Assembly: GCA_965112155.1 (NCBI GenBank)
Contig: OZ218107.1
DNA: 64,000 nucleotides
Strand: one strand, 5' to 3'
Origin: Podarcis liolepis
Lineage: Eukaryota
Position numbers and translations under genes: made by a program. Positions 39,338 to 51,363 of this stretch are shown in pieces (position 1 is the stretch's first letter; every line of letters begins with the position of its first letter). Below the pieces are notes generated by a model. It did not search any database. It was given only the letters and a program-made list of their open reading frames with translations, and was not told where the DNA came from.

Positions 39338-40951
39338 AGCTCCATAGGCTCACCTCTACAAAATCTCGCTAAATTTCTCGCTAAGCAACTTCAGCCCTAT
39401 GCAGAATCCATCGCTTCACACGTTACTAACTCCTTCCAGTTCATAGAAACAATAAAGAAGCAAAACCTACATCCCGATGACCTACTTGTGAGCTTCGATG
39501 TTGTATCTCTCTTCACACAAGTGCCCATTAATGAAGCCTTGACAGCCATTCAAAACAAATACAATCCCCCCGAATACATCCTGGACCTGACCAACCACTG
39601 CCTAACCAACACGTACTTCATCCACAATGGACAAAGATACAAACAGATAGAAGGAGCACCTATGGGATCACCCCTCTCACCGGTCATCGCAAATTTGTAC
39701 ATGGAACACTTTGAAACCAATGCTTTAGACAAGTCAGAACACAAACCCAAACTTTGGCTCAGATATGTTGACGACACCTTTGTAATTTGGCCACACGGGA
39801 AAGAAAAACTAGATAGCTTCCTCACACATCTCAACAGCCTACACCCCAAAATACAATTCACTATGGAAATAGAAGCCAACAACCAACTTCCCTTCCTTGA
39901 CGTCCTAATCTACAAAAAACCTGATGGCTCCCTAGGACACACTATCTACCGGAAAAAAACACACACCAACCGCTACTTACATGCACAATCACACCACCAC
40001 CCTGCACAAATAAACTCCGTAGCCAAGACTCTCATCTCCAGAACCAAACGCCTGGCTAACAAAGACCACTTGACAACTGAGTTACAGAATCTCTCAAATG
40101 TGTTAATCGCCAATGGATACCAGCAAAACAGGGTTACGAAGCTAATCCAAAAAGAAACACCCCCCAAAAACCAAGACACAGAAGAAAACAATGGCATGGC
40201 CCTCCTTCCTTATATCAAGGGCACTACAGATAAAATTAGCAAAATCCTCCATAAACACAATATCAAAACAGCCTTTTGCACCAACCAAAAAATAGCCAAT
40301 ATCCTCAGAAACCCCAAAGATAAAATCCAGTTGGAAAACCAAGGGGTCTATGAAATACCCTGCAAAGTCTGCCCAGCCACGTACATTGGACAAACAAACA
40401 GACGAATAAATGCACGTATCGCAGAACACAAGAATGCCGTCAAAAAAGAAGAAAAAACTTCCTCTCTTTTCCAACACATGAAAGAAACAGGACACGAAAT
40501 TAATTTTGCAGATTCCAAATTGCTCTTTAACATGGAACATCACCACAAGAGAATAATCATGGAAGCCATCGAGATAGAGAAACACCCTCACAACATGAAC
40601 AAGCGTGACGACACGTCCCGCCTGCCAGACATCTGGAAATTAGCCCTCCCCACAAAAACCGACACCAGAACCAGAGGCACACAGAACGCCATCACCAATC
40701 AACCACACCAGACCCAAACCCAGACCCTCTCCACAGATAAATTACAGACTCCATCCAGTAGCCAAACCATAGTGGCACCTCCGGATGCTGCACCCCCCTG
40801 CAATCCCTACACAGATCTGGCTGGCACAGGGCACAAAACCACAGCTCGCCCCTATACACGAAGCCAAGCCAGAGCACAACTAAGTGCAGTACAGCCATCT
40901 TCTCAGAAAAACTCTTCACAAGCTCAAGAGGTCAAGACACGAAAGCTTTAG
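39338..40951 (+). CDS. Penelope reverse transcriptase / GIY-YIG endonuclease, 5'-truncated open frame with no true start
   Basis: SFDVVSLFT, GAPMGSPLSPVIANLYM, LRYVDDT, LPFLDV and GVYEIPCKVCPATYIGQT. The frame is open upstream of 39488 (SSIGSPLQNLAKFL...) back to the inversion junction. Confidence 0.9.
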   Translation, partial: SSIGSPLQNLAKFLAKQLQPYAESIASHVTNSFQFIETIKKQNLHPDDLLVSFDVVSLFTQVPINEALTAIQNKYNPPEYILDLTNHCLTNTYFIHNGQRYKQIEGAPMGSPLSPVIANLYMEHFETNALDKSEHKPKLWLRYVDDTFVIWPHGKEKLDSFLTHLNSLHPKIQFTMEIEANNQLPFLDVLIYKKPDGSLGHTIYRKKTHTNRYLHAQSHHHPAQINSVAKTLISRTKRLANKDHLTTELQNLSNVLIANGYQQNRVTKLIQKETPPKNQDTEENNGMALLPYIKGTTDKISKILHKHNIKTAFCTNQKIANILRNPKDKIQLENQGVYEIPCKVCPATYIGQTNRRINARIAEHKNAVKKEEKTSSLFQHMKETGHEINFADSKLLFNMEHHHKRIIMEAIEIEKHPHNMNKRDDTSRLPDIWKLALPTKTDTRTRGTQNAITNQPHQTQTQTLSTDKLQTPSSSQTIVAPPDAAPPCNPYTDLAGTGHKTTARPYTRSQARAQLSAVQPSSQKNSSQAQEVKTRKL

Positions 40952-41181
40952 CAACTAATCCACACTTAATGACCCACCTAAGTGGTACTCAGAATATCAC
41001 TCAAGAAATCACTCAAGATATCCCTCAAGTAATTAAGGAACAAAAGAAGAAAAGGCACACTAACCTGGGAACTTCCTCTCTGCCCAGAACGTTGGAGGCT
41101 ATACACCACACCCCCTCAACAGTATTTATAGGAACTCAAACACTGAGATCCTGCTCTGTTCCAGTAACAAGAAGCCGAAAG

Positions 41182-41228
41182 CACCAGCCTGAAGATGACG
41201 AGTGAGACCTCGTCGAAACGTCGCCTAG
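41182..41228 (+). ncRNA. Minimal type-I hammerhead ribozyme in the Penelope pLTR
   Basis: CUGAAGA (41189-41195), U, stem II GACGAG / UGAGAC loop / CUCGUC, GAAA (41215-41218), then CGUC; predicted cleavage after C41222. Helix I pairing is weak. Confidence 0.8.
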
Positions 41229-41273
41229 ACACCCCAACTCTTACACGGGAAGACACCCGAAGACACCAAAACC

Positions 41274-41320
<47 letters not shown>

Positions 41321-41974
41321 GATCAGCTCATGGAATTTTGTTCAGCCATGCCCTTACTGCTTTCCTTTGGGATTTCTATACCCTTTTTTTCACAGTACAG
41401 TTACCATTCATGCCTCCTGGCAAGACTGTGGAAGGAAACTCTAGCAAGGATCACCCTTGAGGACTTCTCAAAAGCTTCATTTTGTGAAAAGAATGACAGT
41501 CCTACCTCCTGATGGAGATGGAGTGACAACGGCACATTATATAAACCCCAATTAATTTTCTGTGGTACATTTATCTCACCTTTTCTTCCAGGAACTCAAG
41601 GTGAATGTATTGCTCACTCATTCCCCATTGTATTCTCACAACCCTGTGATACCTCACAGGTTGGGTTGAGAGAACAGAGTGAGTTTCATGGCTGTGTAGT
41701 GATTTGAATATGGATGTCCAGTTTCCTAATCTCACATTCTAACCAACATACATATGCAATAACATGCAGGCTTGTGAGTTGATGGCTGCAGACATTAATA
41801 AGAGCACAGTTGTGGATCAGTGAAATAATGCTTATTTGGCTTGGTTTGTTTCTGTTATACGTTTCTTGTAGATATAAACAAGGGGAAATATAGAACCACT
41901 TATATTCTCCTTCTTCTCCTCCTCCCCCACAAAAAGCACCTGGACATATTGTCTGCAATTTGGCATGCCTAATC

Positions 41975-42135
41975 TTCGCCAGAAGCGACTTAAGTCATGT
42001 TGGCCACATGACTGAGAAAAACTGTCTGTGGAAGCAGACAAACGCCGGCTCCCTCGGCCTGTAAAGCAAGATGAGCGCCGCAACCCCAGAGTCATTCGCG
42101 ACTGGACTTAATTGTCAGGGGTCCCTTTACCCTTT
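41975..42135 (+). mobile_element. Sauria SINE 3' part
   Basis: gccagaagcgactt...gatgagcgccgcaaccccagagtc...caggggtccctttacc. Confidence 0.85.
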
Positions 42136-43569
42136 AATCTGCTGTAGAAGGGCTCCGGTGCCTGCAAATTTCATCCACTTTGGCTAAAAGAGGGAGAATT
42201 ATAACCATTTTTAGATTACCCAATATAGCAAATGGGGAAACACAGAAGCACAGGAAATTGCCTTATGCTGGTTCAGACTAGAGATCCATCTAGTTTAGTA
42301 TTGTCTATAGTGATTGGCAGTGCAGAGGGTTTTGAACAGAGCAGCTCAGAACTCAAAACACAGACTGCTGTGAAGATAGCACAGAGCAACTCAGAGTGAT
42401 ATTGGATTTATTTTTTTAATGGCCACAATGATAATCTTGGGGCCTGCTCTGACCCTTAATAAACAGTCTTTTGAGCACATGCTTGCAGAGTGATTTCCCC
42501 CATCACGTATTAAGGGGCAGAGCTTCCAGGCAGTCTATAGGCCAGGAATGCTCTTTAGGATGGAAGCTCTATGCTTTTCCACTTAGGTGCCCATATAATT
42601 TCGCATCAAGGCTGGAGAGATGAGGGACAAATCCTATAATGAGAGAAAGTGTTATCGGCTTTCTTTATACACAGTGCGACAAGATCTTTTGTTCCTTCAC
42701 AAAAATTTTGTTCTTTTCCAAAATTCCTGTACTTGAACACAGCTTTTCCCAGTGTTATGCTTTAGAGGAACATGTTTCATAATTCTGTATATTTTAGCTG
42801 GCACAATGTACCATCTGGACATGAAATTAATTTGAGTCTCCTGAAAATTAGTACAGTGAAGCAAGCCTTAATTCTATCAGGGAGAAGAATATTTGCAATC
42901 AGGAAAGACTGAATTCTAGCATAGAGAATGTTGCTTATAATGCCATTAACTTTTCTCATCAGATCTGCAATGTTTAAAATTTATGGTTGTAAACAGCAAA
43001 GTGTTGAGCCACATTCACACCATATATTTGAAGCACTGTTATCACTTTAAACAGTCATGACTTCCCCCAAAGAATTCTGGAAGCTGCAGTTTCTGAAGGA
43101 AGCTGATGGTTGTTAGGAGCTTTTGTTCCTCTCTAAACCCCCTGAGTGGTTTAACAGTCAATTCTGCTTCACAGGGAACTCTGGGAATTGCAGCTCTGAG
43201 AGAGGAGTAGGTGTGCCCTATCTCCATAATATGGGGAGTCTACTGGTAGACCTCTTTGTATGTAGACTTTAGCTTTTGGAAGCAGGCTATCCCTACATTA
43301 TATATTAGACATATCTTTATGTTGGACATACCTGGAGGTACCCTCCCAAAGTATGGCCAGGTCATTCTAAATGGCAAAGGTAGCCAACATAGTGGCCTCC
43401 AGATGTTGTTGGACTTCAACTCCCATTAGTCTCAGGAATGGTGGGAGTTGTAGTCTAACACCTGGAGGTCACCACGATGGCTAGCCCTGGTATACATTGA
43501 CTAGAGTAGCTCTCCAGGAAACCAAGCAGAGATCTTTCCCACCAAGTGTTACCAAGCAGTTGCTACCCA

Positions 43570-43740
43570 GCAGGTAGCTGTGTCTGTAGGGCAAGAGACA
43601 CTTAATCACAGGGTTGCGGGTTCAAGCCCCATGTTGGGCAAAACAGAATTCTGCATTGCAGGGGGTTGGATTAGATGACCCTCATGATCCCTTCCAACTA
43701 TACAATTTCAGGCTTCTAGACTGGAGGTCTATGATTCTAG
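43570..43740 (+). mobile_element. tRNA(Lys)-like SINE with a CR1-type tail
   Basis: 'cttaatcacagggttgcgggttcaagcccc' head; 'gggttggattagatgacc...cccttccaact...atgattcta' CR1 3' end. Confidence 0.65.
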
Positions 43741-44804
43741 ACCTTATTCATGAAAAATATGTGCTCTAGAGCCAACAGTTCCATCCCACCTTTTCTCCAG
43801 AGCGTGGAAGTTGTCTTCTTTCTTTACAAAGTCAGACTAAAATCCAGAAGGTTTCAGATTACAGTGGGGAACTTGTCAGTTCTGAAATCGTGTATCAACA
43901 TTTCAGATTTCATCTTGATAGCTACTTTCTTGGGAACAAAGGGATCATGAGAGCTCAGTTCTTTGCTGCTCAACTAGAAATGCTGGTGAATTAAAAAAGA
44001 AAGAGGAAGAGAAGAGGAAAATGAAAAGACCTCTGCAGGGCTGTGTGTGTGTGTGTTGTTTCTCCATTAATACCTATTGTGGGAATGGATAGAAGGGGAT
44101 TAAAAATGTCTGTGATGAGCCAACACTTTGTTTAAATCCACTCTTCGATCTAATCTCCTATTGACCGGGAAGCATCACACAGGGACGTCTTGGAGGAATT
44201 ATCACAAATCCCTTTTAAACTCTTCAGTGCCTTCCCTTCCCCCTTCCCTTTGCATTTACACCCCTTGATGCTTTATTAGTAGCTGAGGACTTGGCCAGAG
44301 AGCATCATGGGTAATCAATTAAGATGCAAACTTTCACCATTTGAGATGTATTATCATGGTCCCACTGACACTTTCTTAAATGCAAACGAGATCTATCACA
44401 TCTCAAATGAATTCAAAGAGAAGATTAAAGATTCCTACTGTCTCAGTGCAGGATTCAGTACAAATGAGAGAGAAGAGCAGGAGAGAAGAAATGAACAGAG
44501 GTAGGGAACCAATCTCATCTGCAACCACTCTAGCATGGTTCAGTGGTTGGAGCGATACCAATTCAGAGTTTTGACTTGCGTGTCACATGGTGTTGGGGTG
44601 TTGTCCTCATGTGACATCTGCCCTAAGGATTCTGTAGCGAGGATTGAATCTTGTCTGCTTAAAAGCTGTATGTGTGCCTTTTATTTTAAAAATCATCTTG
44701 TATTACTAAAGCAAACCAAACTAAACCAAACTGAACATTTGGACTGTATCTGCATTACGTATGAAAATATTACAGCATTCAGCTTTTTGGGTTTTGGTGA
44801 AGAG

Positions 44805-45245
44805 TAAGGAAAGGCAAATCTATCAATTTTGCTTTCTCATTTTTCCAATCTTAAATTCAGTTCTCCACAGATCCCTATCTGTTTGCTTTTCTAAAATAAA
44901 AAAGTCACCATAAAAAACCCATTAGCGTTTTTGTGTATATTAAGCAAGATTGCGTAAAAAATGTGCATACTTTTAAATGCAATCTTGCTTAATGTACTGT
45001 ACACAATTTCCAAAGCAATATACTCAATTTCCAAAGAATGTTTATCTTCACTATTTTTATGCACACTCTACCATTGTATATGCATTTTTGCACACATTAC
45101 ATATTTGCCTTGAGAAGTGCACAGCAAAATTCAGAGAAGTGAAGATTTCAGAGAATGGCCATGTTTTGGTATGGTTCCAGAAAGTGTGAATTGGGTAGGT
45201 TTCCCTTTAAACGCAAACAGAATCTCATTTCTCCCCCATTACTAG
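44805..45245. repeat. Interspersed repeat, probably an old non-autonomous DNA transposon
   Basis: Shares 'aaaattcagagaagtg...gaatt.ggtaggttt...atttctc' with 30-150, and 'tttctcattt.tccaa.cttaaattcagtt' with 32310-32350. Confidence 0.55.
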
Positions 45246-46453
45246 TAGAGAATTTGGTTACTATAAGCACAACCACATGCTCAAATCCTTGCATGAAAAG
45301 ACAGGGCAATCCAGGGCCTCTAGATCAGGACTCCAGAGGTGTGCCACATCATGCATGGAGCTGTCGTGTCAGTAGGCTACCCCATTCACTTCAATATTGG
45401 GGGAGGTTGTACATGTGCAAAAGAGTCACGTGTCCCTTCCATTGAAATGAATGAGGAAGTGCTTGATTGTGTAGGAACTCCATATATGTATCAAGGCTCC
45501 CATGTTCTCAAAGTATTACAGCAGGCATTGGCCCTCCAGATGTTTTGGACTGCAATTCCCATCATCCCTGACCACTGGTCCTGTTAGCTAGGGATCATGG
45601 GAGTTGTAGGCCAAAACATCTGGAGGGCTGAAGGTTGCCTATGCCTGTGTTACAGGAACAGAGTGACTCTGATTCTAGCCATTCATTGCTATCCTATCTT
45701 AAATCCTAATGCATTATGAACCGCCTGCTCCAAACTTGTGTATTTCTTTCTGGAGAAAGGATTCAATGGTTACTCTGGATTTATTTATGCTGTGCATGGA
45801 ACTGGGTTTAAAGGTATAAGCAGTACGTATTCAGAGATGAATCCTCCTTACACAACTGTCAAACAATTATCCGAAATTTATGGTTGCTCCTTTCCTTGTC
45901 CTTCATGTTAGAGGAAATTCTGTGTGTCAAAATCTCTCATTTTCCCCCAGTGTCTGATTGCCTTCGATGCCCTCAAGGCAACTTGGATAAAAGAGGTTAG
46001 TAGCATAGGCATAGAGTCACTAGTTAGAGAAACTGCCAGTAGATGGCACTCCATAATATGTAACTTAGATTTTGCCATCAACAAGGAAGAAAGAGGAAGA
46101 AAATATCGTTCCCCTCAAATGGATTCCAGTATGCTTTTAAAAGGAAGAAACTGAAAGAATCCAAGATAAATATTCTTTAGCGTTTCCTTTTTCTGGGATT
46201 TCTTCGGCAATGGCTTTCATTTACATTTTAAGGATTAAAGTTTATTTTAAAATTTAAAATGAAGTGGGTAACAAGGTAAGTTGGTTTCCTGCTACATTGT
46301 TGTACTAGTGGACACATTCATAAGTGCCCAGGAACAGAATCCATGATTTCAAGGCTACCATCAGCACAATGTACTGAATAGACAAATGGGAAAATATTAG
46401 GTTTCCAAAGAAGTGGTTTTCAAAATTTTAGTCACTGTTCTGATCACTGGATG

Positions 46454-46534
46454 GAGTTTGGTGGGCAAGGCGTTGGAGCCTGGAATGTTTGGTGAGTTTG
46501 GTGGGCAAGGCGTTGGAACCTGGAATGTCCTGGT
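46454..46534. repeat. 40-bp tandem duplication (2 copies)
   Basis: gagtttggtgggcaaggcgttgga(g/a)cctggaatgt starts at 46454 and again at 46494. Confidence 0.9.
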
Positions 46535-47324
46535 GGATTTTGCTATGTTGGGAGCAGAGATGCAGAATCAATAGAAAATAAATTAACTTTTACTCCAGCG
46601 GTGGGGAACCTATGGCCCTCCAGATGTTCTTGAACTACCCAATTTCCATCAGTCCCAGTCACAATGGCTCAATGGAGGGGTGGGGAACTTGCAGCCCATG
46701 GGCAGAATTAGGCCCGTAAGACCTCCTAGTTTGGTCCATATAACCATTTTGTCCAAGCCAAATCCACCTCCCTATAAAGACCAGGTTCAGCCAAAGAGGT
46801 GTGTGAAGACACCACCTATCAGCTGTTCAGCGATGCCTGGAATGCCCTGCAAAATGAACTGTGCACAGAGCTTTGCAAGATCCAACAATCACCTGATTAT
46901 CAGTCTTGTGGAGCCCCTTGCAAAGTGCTCTGCAAAACTCTTCCGAAGTACTTTGCAAGGGGTTTCACAAGACCCGACCGTCAGCTAATTATTGGTTTTT
47001 ATGGAGCACTTTGTAAGGGATTCTGCAAGACCCAATCCTTAGCTGATGGTTGGTGCTTTGCAGGCTGTTCTTTTGCCTGCATAGTTTGATATCAAAACAT
47101 GACAGTAAAAAAGCATCATCTCATCTCATTGTGATGTCATCTGTGATGGACAACTGTGCATCCCTGCCCATCTGTCAAACTTGGACTGCAGCGGGTAGAG
47201 GAGCAGAGATAACAGTCTGGCCTGTTGGCAAGATCCTGTTCTTCACCCCTGGCCTGTCATCAGGGATTTTGGGAGTGGTAGTCCAACACTGGAGGGCCCC
47301 ACATTCTCCACTCTAAATCTATTA

Positions 47325-47566
47325 CAGTGGTACCTCGGGTTAAGTACTTAATTCGTTCTAGAGGTCCATTCTTAACCTGAAACTGTTCTTAACCCGAAGC
47401 ACCACTTTAGCTAATGGGACCTCCTGCTGCCGCTGTGCCGCCGGAGCACGATTTCTGTTCTCATCCTGAAGCAAAGTTCTTAACACGAGATAATATTTCT
47501 GGGTTAGCGGAGTCTGTAACCTGAAGTGTCTGTAACCTGAAGCATATGTAACCTGAGGTACCACTG
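47325..47566. mobile_element. Tc1/mariner MITE, copy 3
   Basis: Same TIRs and TA TSD. Confidence 0.9.
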
Positions 47567-48672
47567 TACCAGGTTCTGCTTCAAAGTATCTAGTTTCTTC
47601 AAGAAAATACCTGATACTGCCCAAGGCAGTACAAATTGCTGATTGGGCAGGTGAAATACTTGGCATTTGGCAACCCTACAAGTGCTCATCTAGGAAATGT
47701 CAGTTTCTGAGCCTTTTTTGTAATCTGCAATCATATTCCCATGTCCCTGTGGCTTAAAAACCTGGGCTTCTGCTTTTAATAAAATCAAAGCTGGATTTTT
47801 CAAGTCAGTCATACCAACCTGAGCAACTTTAAGATCTGTGAAGCAATCTTAGATTGCTGTGCCAGCTACAGACTCCAGTCTTCTTAAACTCCTAATGGAG
47901 CTGAAGAATAAACCTGTTTCACTCATTCTACACTGAGTGGTGAAAAGTTCAAGGCAGTATTTACAGGGTCCATTTTCTGTGGGGGAGAGCACTGTGAAGA
48001 TATAATGTGTCTTCATAACAACACACGCAGAGACACACAACCCTGCTTATTTACTTTATCAGTCTAGGCAAAAAATAAAAAATAAATATGAAAGAACTGT
48101 AGCTACAAGAGAAGGCAGAAGACAGAGCTTAAACTAATGGGTGGAAATCAAAGGGAAGCATATTTCAGGTAACAATTAGGAGAAACTTGCTGTTTGATAC
48201 GGTAATACCTTGCCTTGGATAATGATGGGCTCACCTGCTGGAGTTATTTACACAGAGACTTGACAGCCATCTGACTAACCTACACCCTTCATCGTAGATC
48301 ATGCACTTAGCAGGAAATTGGATTAAATAACCTCCAAATAAACTCTTCCAGTTCTAAACATCTGAGTCTATAGTTTGAAGCAGGGAAAATACTAGTTCTA
48401 AAGCCACAGCAGGTCAAGCCCTAGGTTTAGCCAGAGCAAAATAAGCAGCTTATATTGCTTATGCCTCATTTTTTTTAGAGAGTAAGAATGAGTTTATGTA
48501 TGGAGATTATTCTGAGGCCACCTGCCTCTTGCCATCAGGTCCTGATCTGCTTTCTTTGATACTCAACCTGTTTTGTTTTCAACCAGATCCATAACTGCAC
48601 ATAAACAAATCAACCAATTTACACTCCCCACTCCAAGTTTCATTGCAAATAATCGATGGTCCACATGGAATA

Positions 48673-48914
48673 CAGTGGTACCTCGGGTTAAGTACTTAAT
48701 TCATTCCAGAGGTCCATTCTTAGCCTGAAACTGTTCTTAACCTGAAGCACCACTTTAGCTAATGGGGCCTCCTGCTGCTGCTGCGCCGCCGGAGCACGAT
48801 TTCTGTTCTCATCCTGAAGCAAAGTTCTTAACCTGAGGTACTATTTCTGGGTTAGCAGAGTCTGTAACCTGAAGCGTATGTAACCTGAAGCGTATGTAAC
48901 CCGAGGTACCACTG
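48673..48914. mobile_element. Tc1/mariner MITE, copy 4
   Basis: Same TIRs and TA TSD. Confidence 0.9.
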
Positions 48915-49845
48915 TATAAATATAGGCAGAGGTCTTTGCTGCTTTCTTTGTTGCATAGGCTCACACAAACCCTGCAAGAGCCAAGTAAAAATGCTTTCCA
49001 CTAGCCATTCAGATGTTTTCCAGCAAATGCATGTTGTCTGTTTTTCCAGATCAGGTTATCAAACATTTCTGTTTGTTTTCTCTTGATAGCTATTTAATCA
49101 ACCTGATCTACCCCACCAGTCCAAGGGAGAGAAAATGAGAGGGGAAAAGCAGTGCCTTCAGCATAATCCAAAAACCCATTACGTTACTATACACTTTTTC
49201 ACCACTGTCCATCACATCATCAGTGAAATATTTTTTAAAAGAAATATTAATAAATTTAGCTTCAGAGCAGCCCTATGAAATTAATTATTTTCATATATTC
49301 TTTTCTAAAAAGAAAAAAATATAACTCTTAAGGCACAGTAACTGGTGCAGAATCACACAAAGGATCTTAAAGTCAGAGGTAAGAAACTGCATGTTATGAA
49401 ACCGTAATGATGGTTTACTCTCAGGGCCACCCGTCCGCTGATGAATGACAGTTCTGCTCTATAGGAGCTCCACTGGCAGAACCCATCTCTGCTTGCATAT
49501 ATTAATTTCAGAAAAGGCACCGAAGGAAATGCAAAGAAACGTCTGAGTTCTAACGAATGCAAAATTCCTAATATGAACTGAACCAGTACTCCCTCTTCCA
49601 TACATATTTGCAGTGGGTTAAGAAATAATTAATGCACAGAATATCTTGTTGGAAATTTGTTTTGCCTTTTGCATGTGTCTTACACAGATACATGATGGGA
49701 AACAGCTACACCATCTCAAGCTCTATGGCTTGTTGTGAGATAGGAAAGGCCTTGTTCCTTTTTCGGGGGACAAGGGCTTGAAACAAGGCTCCCATCCAGC
49801 AAGATATAACTATAGCTTGCATTATCGTCATGTCAATGAAATGAT

Positions 49846-51250
49846 TAAAGAAAACAAAAATAAAAATGGATACATAGCAATTCGAGATTTGAATTGGAAT
49901 TGCTAAATAATAAATTTAAAATACTATCCAAAATGGATAGATTACTATTGGAATGACATTTAAAAGATGAAGTTAAATCAGTTATGATACATTGGGCTAC
50001 AGACATAGGCCACAATATACCAATAGACGACTGGGGGAGATTATGGAAAGAGGGGGAAAACTTTACTGCCTGCAGTGCGCTAGAAGAAAATATAATGAAA
50101 ATGATGTATAGATGGTATATAACACCAGTAAAACTAGCCAAAATGTATAAAACAAATAATAAATGTTGGAAATGTAAATAAAAAGAAGGCACGTTTTACC
50201 ATATGTGGTGGGAATGTAAGAAAGTAAAAGACTTCTTGGAAATGATTTAGAATGAAATTTAAAAAATGTTGAAATATACTTTTCAAAAAAAACCCCAGAA
50301 GCTCTTTTACTTGGTATGGTATGTTCAGAAATCCATAACAATGATAAAAACATGTTTTTATATGTGACCACTGCAGCAAGAATATTATTAGCCCAACATT
50401 GGAAGCAAGATGAAATATCAACAAAAGAAGAGTGGCAAACAAAACTGATGGACTATGCTGAGCTGGTGAGACTAACAGAGAAAATCTGAAACCAGCAGGA
50501 CCAGATTTTCCTAAAGGACTGGAAGAAATTTATGTTGTACGGTATTTAAAAGACAATTGTAATTATTTAACATTGCTTGTAGGGTTACAAGAAGTTTTGT
50601 AAGGAGGACTTTATAAATTATTGTGAAAAGGATTAAAAATAGATGATGTAAAAGTGGATTTAAAGCAATAAGTATAGTAATAAAATGCAAAAATAGAGAG
50701 GAATTTAGAAAACCATTAGAAGGTGTCAGGGAACTGACATCGGAGGGAGAGGCGAAGGGGAGGCTCCCAGATGATGCTGGCGAAGGACCCAGCAGCAGGG
50801 GGAGAAACAGCTCAGTAGAGGGGGAAGCCAATCAGCGCAACACCAGGGATAAAGGGGGGCTGACGGGGGAATTGGAGAGAGGGCTCCAGGACTCTTCACT
50901 GGATATCAGTGAGGAGAGCCCAGGTCCTCCGCTACCCACGCCTTCCCTGCGCAGAAGACTCCCGCGCAGTGAGAGGAGGAGGAGACTGGGTGTCAAACAA
51001 CTTTTATGTTGGAAGAGGTTCAAGAAACGCCCACTGACGGATTCTGCCAGTGACTGAGGCAGCCACGATGAGAAGGGGCTGTGCAGTCAGAAAGGTTTAA
51101 CAAGGCAAACTAACCAAGAAAGGCACCAGCTTACGCACGAGTAACTCATACCCATTACAGAAGGGGATTGAGGGAAGTCTTAGGCTGTGATAGCCAAATA
51201 TTTGTTATGATGTTATTAAGTTTTTCATGCAAAAAAACAATAAAAATTTA
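49846..51250 (+). mobile_element. L1-clade LINE 3' fragment (ORF2 C-terminus + 3'UTR), interrupted by a solo LTR
   Basis: KMMYRWYITPVKL...CWKCK*KEGTFYHMWWEC cysteine-rich motif; in-frame stops; ends with AATAAA and A-rich sequence near 51240. Confidence 0.85.
50724..51159 (+). mobile_element. Solo LTR (436 bp), Gypsy-like
   Basis: TGTCA...TTACA termini; perfect 5-bp TSD gaagg at 50719-50723 and 51160-51164; GC-rich island within an AT-rich L1 3'UTR. Confidence 0.88.
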
Positions 51251-51363
51251 TAGATATAGATATACATATAGATAGATATAACTATAGCTTCTTTTGACTG
51301 CTCCTCCCACAATATACTGTTCTAAAACATGTGGCCAAAAATATAATCTCTCTTGAATATGTA

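Larger units (their letters stand above)
38931..41278 (+). mobile_element. Penelope-like retroelement with an inverted 5' pseudo-LTR, inserted in (TA)n
   Basis: RT + GIY-YIG ORF; 38959-39335 is the reverse complement of 40902-41278; (TA)n on both sides (38903-38930, 41278-41317). Confidence 0.96.

Noticed and set aside
10594-48914. Recurrent taacctgaag units resembling a regularly spaced array
   Set aside because: Internal subrepeats of dispersed mariner MITEs, not a CRISPR-like or satellite array.
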